A stretch of DNA of 64,000 nt, taken from Mytilus trossulus (taxonomy: Eukaryota). Where the stretch lies: positions 52,452,001 through 52,516,000 of the forward strand of contig NC_086379.1 in the NCBI RefSeq assembly GCF_036588685.1. The letters run 5' to 3'. Below, one piece after another: positions 27,211 to 40,612 of this stretch; position 1 is the stretch's first letter, and every line of letters begins with the position of its first letter. The notes beneath the pieces were generated by a model. The model saw only the letters and a program-made list of their open reading frames with translations. It was not told the origin of the DNA and made no database searches. The position numbers were made by a program, and so were the translations under genes.

Positions 27211-29378
27211 TATAAATCTTCGTATTTTGCTATTTATTTTCTCATGTTTATTAAATAATATACTTATTTGCAATTTATTTTCTTATAGCCCTTTATTTAA
27301 CCCAATAATTTTGTCATCATGAAAGTATCAGAATGCGAAACATAAAGATCTGTGTTTTTTCTTGTTGTTGACGATTTTACGGTTGACTATAATTGCTTAC
27401 AGATCTACTTCATTTGAATTTAGGGCCGTGGATAGTTGTCTTTTTTGCAATCATACCACATCTCCTTATTTTGATATAGGTCGGAATTTCTTCTTGTGAA
27501 CTTTTAGGACGCCAACAAAACCTTGTCGTCTTGTGCACAGAATGGTTCATTTTTTTTTGTACAATAATCAGGCCGTATGTTTCCTCGTTGGATTCTTTTT
27601 TATCTATCATTTTGGATCTTTTTAAAGCTCGATATGAGCTATTGATTTTGCTCATTGTTGAAGGTCGTATGGTGACACAGAGTTGCTAATTTTTACGTAT
27701 TTTTTTCTTTCTCTGGGGGATATTTGTGTAATTGGCAATCATATCATATCTTCTTACTTTTATATTCATACCCATGTCAGATAGACGTTATCTTCCTGAT
27801 TTCTTACATCCACCAACCATGGTATCAAAAGTCTGGCGTACTCAATTATAATCCTGGTACCTTTGATAACTAATTAGCTGATACGGTGATTTGATGAACA
27901 AAACCAAATTGAATGGTTTCTGATTTTTCTTTAAAGAATATTATACTTTATAGAGCAAACTATTTATAGGAAGATGCACAATGAACTCACACTTTGATTT
28001 AAATTAAAAAAAATCTAACAAGCAAACAAAAATGGATAACAGAATGGACGATTTAGTACCCTGAAATATCTATAAAAACATATATACATTTATCTGAGAG
28101 CATTACACGTGCAATAAAACTCTGAAGCTCTGGATTTGATTTTTGATTTTTTTCATGTTTTAACGGATATTTTAGGCAATGCATTTGGGCTGTTTCGTGG
28201 CGGCCAGTTTTTATTGTTGGAGGAAGCCCGAGTGTCCGTAGAAAACCACCGACTTTCGGTAGGAAAACTAACCATCCTAGTCAATTAAGATTTGGAGTCA
28301 AGTGTACCCACCGCACCCGCACGAGGGGGGTTCGAACTCACAACCTCTGCTGACTGGCTTGTGATTCCAGAAGTAACGTCCTAAACCACTCGGCCACCGA
28401 GGCCCTCTAAAGCTATGGATCCCGCTAGTGTCTCTATATAAATAAAGTTACAAATCTCATTCGTTTAAAATAATAAAAATCACAAAAACACAGAACTCAG
28501 AAAGAACTTTGTAACGGAGTCTCTAATCGAATTACAAAATCAAAATCAAAATCTCAAATACATCAAACGAATGGACAACAACTGTCATATTCCTGACTTT
28601 GTACAGGCATCGTCTTATGCAGAAAATGGTAGATTAATAAAAATGGAAAATGGAAATTAATGGGTAATGTGTCATAGAGACAAACAACCCGACCAAAGAG
28701 CAGAACATTGCCGTGGTCCAACAATGGGTTTTCAACACATCAAGAAAATCCCACACCAAAAGGCACGTCCCAGCCGCCTCAAGTCTGGTTTTATAGCTAG
28801 CTGAACCTCTCTCATGCTTAGACATGCTCTATGGCTCACAAATTATTGATTATTATTTTTTGTAAAAAAGATAACAGCGATTCGACAGGTGATTAAAACA
28901 TATATTACAACTCCAAAGCCGTTCATCCCATAATGATATAAAGAAGGTTTGTGGTAAAATATAGTCTATATATGATCGCACACTTACAGGCAATCTAAAA
29001 AAAACCATGAAAGCATGCAGTTGAAAGTTTCACATCTGCGTTTAAGAAAATAGTGTGATTTGGTTGTATCAAGAAAGTATATAACAAAAAGTTGGGACAC
29101 AAACAACTCCTCCAAATTATTTTTGCTACCTGTCTGTACGAGATCACCCATCATACAATAATATTGTTGATTCGCACGGGGATAACAATATCATTTAAAG
29201 ATCTAACATTTTATGTCATGTCACAGAAAACTTTCGAGGTCTTACACCTTATAATTTTATCATATTCTAATGCCTTATTTGATGAAAATACCACGATCCG
29301 TAATACAGATAAGGTGTAACTGATAAGACAGAACAGTATTGTAGTAGCCCAATTATTCAGTATTGTTGATACCCCAAG

Positions 29379-32300
29379 ATGATTGTACTCATAGTAACTC
29401 TAGCTCTAGTAGTAGGAACTCAAGCACAAATATGCTGTGTTCCTGCACAGTGGGAAGGAACGGAGGGAACGATTATTGCAGTTTCTCAAAATGATACAGC
29501 AGATCCGATGATAGTTACGGTAGGTCAAGTCAAATAAGGATGAAGAAATAGAACGCCGAGGTCGTATTTATTGACCCCAAAAAATTCTTTCTCAGAACAT
29601 CTTGAAGAATATCAGAACCTAATATAGAAATAAATTTTTTAACTGTATTGGCAATTTGCTGGACTGGAATATCGATTTAAGAATCTCTACCGCCAGATAT
29701 ATTTCAGACAATACACGTATCATATTAAGGATGTCTTTAATTTTTCTAAGACCTCAGGATTTCCTAAATTATCTGAATCTAGGTAGGAGACATGAACATC
29801 GGTGTATTATGTACATGCTTGTTTATCATGTATCTTACAATGTAACATTCGCTTGAACCATTGAAGAGGTCTTGAACATCAATATTTTATTTCCAAACTC
29901 CTAGTAGATAGATATCTTAATTTCAACTTCACATTGTCAATAAATATAATGCGACTTCTTAAAAGCGAACTGTGGAGGTTCTTTAAGAAACTTAAATAAA
30001 AGATTTTTGTCTATTTTTGGAGGTTATATAATATTGACGATTTCAGATATAACTATGAACTCATTTAATTGTTTTGTTTTTATTTGCAGGGTGCTATAAG
30101 TGTTGCGTATGATGCCACCAACAAACGTATCGCTGCAATGTTGTACATGAGTACAGGAGGATATAACGGAAATGTTGGTGTCATTTTGAATTATGCACAG
30201 GCAAGTACATATTTGAGTTTGTTCAGCATTTCATGTGTATTTTAGTCTAGACGTTGTATAATGAACTGTCGATGTGACCTCATATTGAACCGACAGTCAT
30301 AAAACCAAACATAGATAGAACTAGAAAGCGACTACGTGCAATTGGATATTTCTAGGTCTGTTTAATTTTTGTTCAGCCTGCAACTTTGGTAGCAAAAGCC
30401 AGACATAGCGATCCTACAATTCCCTCGTCAGCGGTGGCGGCGTCCACTAATCTTCACTCTGTGATTTCCGTTTTTGAAATTTTAAATACTACCTTTAACT
30501 GTCCGGGATTTCTAATAAACTTGGACAGAACTATGCTTATCAATTGTATACCTTTTAAAATACGATACTTATAGACTGTAACCGTGAAGATTTAAATTTG
30601 AAATGTGATTGTCTATCAAATGATAAAATCTCTCTTCGTTATTTCAGGGCATTCAATACACAGTTAGTGGCAATAACTGCACTAGAACACCTCTTGGAGC
30701 ATTTGTTCCTAACTGTATTCCAAGTAAGTAACCTCTTTATTAGTTTACTAAACTCGACAATTTTTTAAGCCAATATGTGTTTTTCTCTAGTATTTTCGGT
30801 ATTCAATCTCTCTGTAGGTGTTAAACGATTGGAATTATTATCCAATGTCTCCTTTCATTCATAAAGATATATAATAAAAGAACATATTTCTTTAAAAAAA
30901 AATTACTTCTCTTGGGTTTTTGTTTTAGCTGGGTGGCGGGTCCATTGTCCTATACTACAAACTGTCCTGATTGTTGTATTGGATGAACTATTCACACACT
31001 TGGTGATTAGTCAAACCAAATATAAAGCAATCTTCTTAGGATGCTAATGTGGGACTGGTGGTTGCTTTCTAAATGCCCAGTGGCAAATATTTCAAACAAG
31101 TTTGTAAGGACAACAATTTACATTTGATGTACATGTATTAAGTATGTGCAAGAGCTACAGTTTTTCAATTAATGGGTGTTATCTAAATTATAAAGCTATT
31201 TATCATTTAATGTAGGCTGCATATGTATGAACACATTTTAATTCAAACTTAAAATTAAAATCATGTATGTAAAACACATATTATATCTCCCTTCTACGTT
31301 TTAACCTTTAGGTGATGCTAAATTGCAGAGATCAAGCTATATGGGACCTCCCAGTAACAAGATGATGATAAATTCATACACCTACATGAGAGGACCATTA
31401 GAAGTTGGTGTAACAGTAACAGCTAATACATGTGTACCAGTGGGAGAGTTGATCAATGGTCAAACTCCAAATGGTACATTTTTTTTTAATTTATTGTGTG
31501 TATGTTATCTTATCTGAAATTATTATCATAGAAGAAAAACAATAATCATTGTTAAAATATAAGATGTGATGTCCTCAGTGAATCAGCTGCCCACTTAAGA
31601 CCACGTGAACAGGTAGGGGTTCATCTAAATCCCCCATATTGGAAAATAAGCAAACATAAGCATTTTTACATAACTTTTTAAATGATTGAAAACAAAACTA
31701 AAATTCAAGATAGATTTGAATGAGCATAGAACAATAAACAAAACACTTTTTATTTTAACTCGATTCACAAATAAATACTTCTCTGTTGTTCTTAAAGACT
31801 CCTGTAAATTGATTCCAAGTGTGCATAACTTCTTTTTTATTCCGAATTGCTGCAAATAAAAAGAATCTTCCTTCCTGGCAACAATTATTACCATAACATA
31901 CTGCATAATCTTATTGTTTCATTTTTAGAATTTGTTATACAGAGTGTTGGTTTCAGTAACATTACTCCAGGAATAAGCAAGGCTGATTCATTTACTCCAC
32001 CCAGCAGCTGTTTAAACAGTCCTTTGGTCCAAGCTGTAAGTAGCTAGTATCACAACATTCATTTTGTAACCTAGGCCAATGAGGGCAGGAAACAGGGGCA
32101 TTAAAAGCTTTGCATGCATGAGAGAAAGTAAGGCAGATACCTAAGAATTCTTTGAGGGCCATTGTTTGCCTTATATAATAAAAGCGTTAAAGATTATCAA
32201 TCAAAGAGGATAAATTTACACTTCTACCCAATATATCATAAATAAAAGTGGAAAGATTATTTTTGGAAAACTTGAACAAAAGAAATTGATCCAGTCAGTC

Positions 32301-32623
32301 AGTGTTAGTCAACATTACAGAGTACAGACATACATGTATTTGAAATTCTTGTCTTGCTGAATTCTTCTATTAGAAAAGTTAACAGTAAAAGGTATGGTTT
32401 ACTTTTTAAATTGTTACTTGGATGGAGAGTTGTCTCATTGGCACTCACACCACATCTTCCTATATCTATTCAGAATTTAAATTTAATTTCACAACTGTAT
32501 CTATAATTCAGCAGTTTCTGTTTGAGATTGATTACAATTGCAATAAATTTCTTTTCTTGTTTTCAGAACTTGATTCCAATGCAAGGCAGACTTTTGAGAA
32601 GATACTTAGATTTATTGCCATAG
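29379..32623 (+). CDS. EPDR: Ependymin-related protein, copy 2 (complete)
   Basis: Exons 29379-29519, 30090-30200, 30648-30723, 31312-31473, 31929-32035, 32567-32623. No coding difference from copy 1 seen. Confidence 0.85.
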
Positions 32624-35321
32624 GCAAATTTCATATGATGCCCATTGTGCACTTCAATAAACAGGATAAAATACTTGTCATGCATCTTTGAACATATTGT
32701 AATTTTTCAAAATAAACTTATTTTTTGTGTGAATTTTGAAAGATTCCCATTTATTTGGTAGCTCTAAAACAGGAATTACAAGAATGTGTCCTTAGTACAC
32801 GGATGCATATCACTTTCTATGTTCAATGGACTGTAATATTCTGGTAAAAACTAAAATTTGCATTAGATTAGAAGGATCATAATATTCTGGTAAAAACTAA
32901 AATTTGCATTAGATTAGAAAGATCATATCATAGTGAACATGCATTTCAGGTTGATTGGACCAAAACCTCAGCAAAACTTTCTTGACCAAAAACTTTAACC
33001 TGAAGCATGAAAGAAAAACAAAGAGATGGACCAACAGAATAACAAACAGACACACAGACCGAAAAAAACATAATGCCCTTTAGTAGGGCATAAAAATCCT
33101 GAACATAGAAAGGAAACGCATCTGCATCTTTATCACTGTAGATATATTGGGGACAATGCTATGCAACTTTGCATATAAAATAGGGAAGATATGGTATTAT
33201 TGCCAATGAGACAACTATCCACAAAAGACCAAATGACATATAAATTAATAAATATAGGTAATTGTAGGGCCTTCATCACAACAATGAGCAAAACCTGTAC
33301 TGCATAGTAAGCTATACATGGCCTCCAAATGACCAATGTAAAACTATTCAAAAAGTAAAACTAACAGCCTATTCAGTAACAAACAATCACTGAATTACAG
33401 GCTCCTTACATAGGAAAGGTGCATACAGAGCGTGGCGGGGTTAAAACTATTTTGAAGGTGTCAACCTTCCCTCTAATCTTGGTTGGAAAAGCTTAATTTT
33501 TCACATATGAGAAAATTAACAACAGGAAGTCCTTTTTATCATTTAATGATGACAACACTATTTAATCTAATGTTTGTACACAATTTTAACAGTGCAACAT
33601 TTTGATTCTATAACAAATAAAGCACATTAAGCAAAAAGCATATTTTTGATTTCAAGTAAACATTCTTGGCAGTAATAATACTTTACATGTAAAGTTTTAA
33701 CTAATCTCATTTTCAATTTACCAGCAAACTACATTATGATAAGAGAAACATTATAATGAATAAGTCAATGCCTGCATAATAGTTACGAAATTAATAATGA
33801 CATTTGTAAAAGAAAAAAAAATCATTCATTCACCCTTGATTTTATAACAATAACACATATTCAGCAAAATTAAAGTATATTTTTGACAATAAATTATAAT
33901 CTAAACCCTAGTATGACCTATTAAATAAATTTAGATTTTTCAAATAACTTTAGTCTAGTTTTGACATGAAAATATCAGCCATGCAAACTTTTAGCCTTAA
34001 CAGTTTGCTAAAAGCTGAAAATTAAAACAGAATATATGAATTATTGACAGATCTGTAAAAGTGAACACATTCCTGTTGGCCCCATATCAAAAACTAACAA
34101 ATGAAAAATAACTCGTTTTTATTCTTCAAAATTATCCACAAATAAGTGATCTCCTGAAATTAATTATGTTTTGCAATACATATAAAGACAAAATAAAAAG
34201 CTACTATGCATTAAAACATGGATGATATATGCAAAAACAGAATAATAATAAATGAATAAAAAATAAACACAACCTAATTGAGCTGCCTTTTGAATCTTTC
34301 AAAATAAATGTACTGGAACTGTACTACAGCCATTTGACCTGCTATACAAATGTTTAATTGCACTGTAAAAAAACCCAAATAAACAGAGTATCTGAGATTC
34401 TCCTAAAATAATATTGTAATGCAAGTTATCATTTAAATATTACAACTTATAAACCACCAATAAAATCAATTATCTATTGCTTATCTTACAAAATCATATT
34501 TATATTATGATATTTACAAATCTTATGATTAATCATTTCCCTAAATTAAGAGATTCCATATTTCTAGAATATTGATAAAATTTCTATGACACCTTTGGCT
34601 CGACTAAATTAACCAGGGAAGACACAATCAAGAATACATTTTGTCATTTTATTTCAAGAAATGCAGCATTTGAATGGTTATTGAAGAAAAAAAGAAAGAA
34701 AAAATTAAATTAAATTTCCAATATCTCTGGAATAAATCTTTGGATACTGTTTTTTATTCTATTTTTTTCTGATTTGAGTGTAAAAATACAGCAAAGCTGT
34801 ACTGTGGAAAGTATCACAGTGATAACATTTTGAAGTTAACAGAAAAAGTTCACCTGTTGATTACAAAGCAAACTGAACTAATAATAACGATAACATACAT
34901 CTAAAACAAGATTGTGTCCCAAGTACACGGATGCCTCACTTGCACTATCATTTTTTATGTTCAGTGGACTGTGAAATTGGGGTAAAAACTCTAATTGTGC
35001 ATTAATTTTGATGCAAAATTAGAAAGATCATATTTTTCACAAATTAAGTTAAGAGGGGGGGGGGGGGGGGGGGGGGGGGGGTCAGTGAAAAAACTGTGAA
35101 TTAAGTTTTTTATCCTTCATTGAACTTTTGATGTTGTCCCTTAGTGATTTCAGTGCTTTCTTTGGATAGTTAAATTAAAAACCAATAAGGTCAAGTGGAC
35201 ACATTCTAATCGTGTATTGCAATTATAATTATTCACATGTGCAACTATATAGACCAACTATATACAACAACAAGTTAAAAACAATTTTTATTTATAAGAG
35301 CACCCTTTTACTTTTTTATAG

Positions 35322-38300
35322 ATACTTCCTGAATCCAGAGTCAGTCAGTTCTCACTTATTTTGTTCTATATGTCAGGATGTTTTCAACCAGCCATACAGA
35401 GCTCCATGTGGTCATAGTTTCTGCAAAGCAGTAAGTGATGGAAAGATACATTCAATAGTTAAAATAATACTCTGAATGTCCAATGGTTTCAGACCGGTCT
35501 ATATCGTTCGCCTGGTTGCATGAGTTTACCAAAAGCAACTATTTAGTAGTACTTTTAGATTGATGAGGTTGAGCAGTCCTCTAACGGGTCACCCTGGGGC
35601 AATATTTTTCTTTTATATTTGTATTCTCCTTTTTTAGTGAGCTTTTCTCATCACTTGGCGTCCGTCGTTTGTCGTCGTCCGTCGTCGTCCTGCGTTAACT
35701 TTTACAAAAATCTTCTCCTCTGAAACTACTTGGCCAAATTTCACCAAACTTGGCCACAATCATCATTGGGGTATCTAGTTTGAAATGAGTCCGGTGACCT
35801 GGTCAACCAACCAAGATGGCTGCCATGGCTAAAAATAGAACATAGGGATAAAACTGCCGATTTTTGCATACAACTCAAAAACCAAAGCATTTAGAGCAAA
35901 TCTGACAGGAGGTAAAATTGTTTCTCAGGTCAAGATCTATTTGCCCTGAAATTTTTAGATGAATCCGACAACCTTTTGTTTGGTTGCTGCCCCTGAATAA
36001 GTAATTTAAGGAAATTTTGCCGTTTTTGGTTATATCTTGAATAATATTATTATAGATAAAGATAAACTGTAAGCAGCAATAATGTTAAGCAAAGTAAGAT
36101 TTACAAATAAGTCAATATGATCGAAATGGTCAGGTGACCCCCTAAGGAGTTATTGCCTTTTATAGTCAATTTTTAACCATTTTTGTAAATCTTAGTTATC
36201 TTTTACAAAAATCTTCTCCTCTGCAAATACTGGGCCAAATTAATTTAAACTTGGCCACAATCATCTTTGGGTTATCTAGTTTAAAAAATGTGTCCGATGA
36301 CCCGGCCATCCAACCAAGCTGGCCACCACAGCTAAAAATAGAACATATGGGTAAAATGCAGTTTTTTGCTAATAACTCAAAAATCAAAGCATTTAGAGCA
36401 AATCGGATGGAGGTTTAACTCTTTATCAGGTCAAGATCTATCTGCCCTGAAATTTTCAGATGAATCGGACAACCTTTTGTTGGGTTGCTGCCCCTGAATT
36501 TGGTAATTTAAAGGAAATATTGCCGTTTTTGGTATTATCTTGAATATTATTATAGATAAAGATAAACTGTAAACAGCAAAAATGTTCAGCAAAGTAAGAT
36601 TTACAAATAAGCCAAATTGACCGAAATGGTCAATTGACCCCCTAGGGAGTTATTGCCCCTTATAGTCAATTTTTAACAATTTACATAAAATTTGTTAATT
36701 TTTACTAACATTTTCAACTGAAACAACTGGGCCAAGTTCATTATAGGTAGAGATAATTGTAAGCAGCAAGAATGTTCAGTATGAACAAACACATCACCAT
36801 CACCAAAACACAATTTTGTCATGAATCCATCTGCTTCCTCTGTTTAATATTCACATAGACCAAGGTGAGCGACACAGGCTCTTTAGAGCCTCTAGTTTCA
36901 TTTTGCTTAATTTGCTATTTATTAATTCTTATTTACTGTTTGCTGATTTCAGTGTATCACGGCATGGTTACGGAACAGCAAGACTTGTCCAGAGGACAGG
37001 TAAGTCAGTTTATTCAGCAGCCATATTAGTACTGTAAAATGGCTTCCTGTAGATTTCTAACTTTTGGTTTTGTTTTTTTAAATAAATTAAGAAATTGCTA
37101 TTTTTTTTACATTATGATCATTGATCGATTGTTGTTTACTGTTCGTTGAATGGCAAATATTGCATGGATGTCTCTTTCGGATTCGGTATGCACCTGAAAT
37201 TACAAAATAATTGTCATTACAACTTATTGTGTTTTTTTCTGTTTTAGAAAGAGCTTACAGTTACACCAAATGCACCATGACTTTATTGTTGAAAATATTA
37301 TAGGCGATCAAATGGTGAGTTAATGTCGTATAATTTTTTTTTGTCTGCTTGTTTTATGCACTGTTGATTAAAATGTTTATATATGGATAAATGTTATATG
37401 GATAAATAACAGCAAATGTTGAAAAAAAAACATTGAGGCAGGACCAACCTACGTCATAGATTTAGACACCTAGAGGACATCACATGGAGTCTGAAACCAC
37501 GGTCAATTTCCTTACTATTAAGTAGTTTCAAATATATAACAAGATATTTGATATGATTATCAATTTGACAAGAGACAACTTTCTTTCAGACCAATAAGAC
37601 ACGAGTTTTGTCTTGTGATGTGATAAAGTCACCGATATGAACTCAAATCAACAACCCAAAATAAATAGAAAACCATAAACTAGATTGTTGCTATGTTTAT
37701 AAGGAGGTATAAGGGAGTTCCATTGAACACTTATTCATGATGATATTTGGTACATCTGAAAACGCTAGCTACTTTCTTATTTCAGGTTGCATGTCCATTT
37801 AGAAAATCAGGCTGTGATTTCATTGGGCAGTTGCAAATGTTAAAATCTCACAAGAAATCCTGTGAATTTAATCCAATTAACCTACCTGAATTTCTGAAAA
37901 TGAAAGAAAAAGAAAATACTCCAGGTGAGTCTTATATTTTCAACTGAAAGTACTTATTAATATTTTCTTGTAAGTGGCAATGTTATGACAGTGATTTTAA
38001 AAATATCAGATATTATACCTCCAATTTTTTCACTGAAGTTAAAGTCCACTGGTTAACTTACATGGGGCAAACTTTTACACCTATCCATAAGCAATGTTGA
38101 TTTCTTGAATTATTAAAATAAGGAACACTTCAAAATGAATTGTACAAGAAATTAGTCTTGTATGTGTTTTGTGAAATTAATATCTGTTATCAACAGATTT
38201 TATGATTGGTTTCTATAGACATTCACCTATAACAATTATAGGTGTAAAGGATATATTATAACAATTAAGATTTAGAAAATTAATTGCTATGTATCTTTTT

Positions 38301-38444
38301 TCAGATTCACATGTTACAGATGACGAAGTCCTGTCATCTCCAGCAAAGCCGTCCTTAATGATGAGACTGTTTCGTTCTGGTGACAGTCAGAAATCTTTGT
38401 TGAAAACTATGTTTGAAGACAAAGAAAATACGCCTTCAACTTGA
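35322..38444 (+). pseudogene. 5'-truncated duplicate of RING gene (exons 2-6), copy 3
   Basis: Exons 35322-35430, 36953-36999, 37248-37314, 37786-37924, 38305-38444. Exon 1 is absent upstream. Confidence 0.85.
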
Positions 38445-40612
38445 TATAAATCTTCGTATTTTGCTATTTATTTTCTCATGTTTATTAAATAATATACTTA
38501 TTTGCAATTTATTTTCTTATAGCCCTTTATTTAACCCAATAATTTTGTCATCATGAAAGTATCAGAATGCGAAACATAAAGATCTGTGTTTTTTCTTGTT
38601 GTTGACGATTTTACGGTTGACTATAATTGCTTACAGATCTACTTCATTTGAATTTAGGGCCGTGGATAGTTGTCTTTTTTGCAATCATACCACATCTCCT
38701 TATTTTGATATAGGTCGGAATTTCTTCTTGTGAACTTTTAGGACGCCAACAAAACCTTGTCGTCTTGTGCACAGAATGGTTCATTTTTTTTTGTACAATA
38801 ATCAGGCCGTATGTTTCCTCGTTGGATTCTTTTTTATCTATCATTTTGGATCTTTTTAAAGCTCGATATGAGCTATTGATTTTGCTCATTGTTGAAGGTC
38901 GTATGGTGACACAGAGTTGCTAATTTTTACGTATTTTTTTCTTTCTCTGGGGGATATTTGTGTAATTGGCAATCATATCATATCTTCTTACTTTTATATT
39001 CATACCCATGTCAGATAGACGTTATCTTCCTGATTTCTTACATCCACCAACCATGGTATCAAAAGTCTGGCGTACTCAATTATAATCCTGGTACCTTTGA
39101 TAACTAATTAGCTGATACGGTGATTTGATGAACAAAACCAAATTGAATGGTTTCTGATTTTTCTTTAAAGAATATTATACTTTATAGAGCAAACTATTTA
39201 TAGGAAGATGCACAATGAACTCACACTTTGATTTAAATTAAAAAAAATCTAACAAGCAAACAAAAATGGATAACAGAATGGACGATTTAGTACCCTGAAA
39301 TATCTATAAAAACATATATACATTTATCTGAGAGCATTACACGTGCAATAAAACTCTGAAGCTCTGGATTTGATTTTTGATTTTTTTCATGTTTTAACGG
39401 ATATTTTAGGCAATGCATTTGGGCTGTTTCGTGGCGGCCAGTTTTTATTGTTGGAGGAAGCCCGAGTGTCCGTAGAAAACCACCGACTTTCGGTAGGAAA
39501 ACTAACCATCCTAGTCAATTAAGATTTGGAGTCAAGTGTACCCACCGCACCCGCACGAGGGGGGTTCGAACTCACAACCTCTGCTGACTGGCTTGTGATT
39601 CCAGAAGTAACGTCCTAAACCACTCGGCCACCGAGGCCCTCTAAAGCTATGGATCCCGCTAGTGTCTCTATATAAATAAAGTTACAAATCTCATTCGTTT
39701 AAAATAATAAAAATCACAAAAACACAGAACTCAGAAAGAACTTTGTAACGGAGTCTCTAATCGAATTACAAAATCAAAATCAAAATCTCAAATACATCAA
39801 ACGAATGGACAACAACTGTCATATTCCTGACTTTGTACAGGCATCGTCTTATGCAGAAAATGGTAGATTAATAAAAATGGAAAATGGAAATTAATGGGTA
39901 ATGTGTCATAGAGACAAACAACCCGACCAAAGAGCAGAACATTGCCGTGGTCCAACAATGGGTTTTCAACACATCAAGAAAATCCCACACCAAAAGGCAC
40001 GTCCCAGCCGCCTCAAGTCTGGTTTTATAGCTAGCTGAACCTCTCTCATGCTTAGACATGCTCTATGGCTCACAAATTATTGATTATTATTTTTTGTAAA
40101 AAAGATAACAGCGATTCGACAGGTGATTAAAACATATATTACAACTCCAAAGCCGTTCATCCCATAATGATATAAAGAAGGTTTGTGGTAAAATATAGTC
40201 TATATATGATCGCACACTTACAGGCAATCTAAAAAAAACCATGAAAGCATGCAGTTGAAAGTTTCACATCTGCGTTTAAGAAAATAGTGTGATTTGGTTG
40301 TATCAAGAAAGTATATAACAAAAAGTTGGGACACAAACAACTCCTCCAAATTATTTTTGCTACCTGTCTGTACGAGATCACCCATCATACAATAATATTG
40401 TTGATTCGCACGGGGATAACAATATCATTTAAAGATCTAACATTTTATGTCATGTCACAGAAAACTTTCGAGGTCTTACACCTTATAATTTTATCATATT
40501 CTAATGCCTTATTTGATGAAAATACCACGATCCGTAATACAGATAAGGTGTAACTGATAAGACAGAACAGTATTGTAGTAGCCCAATTATTCAGTATTGT
40601 TGATACCCCAAG

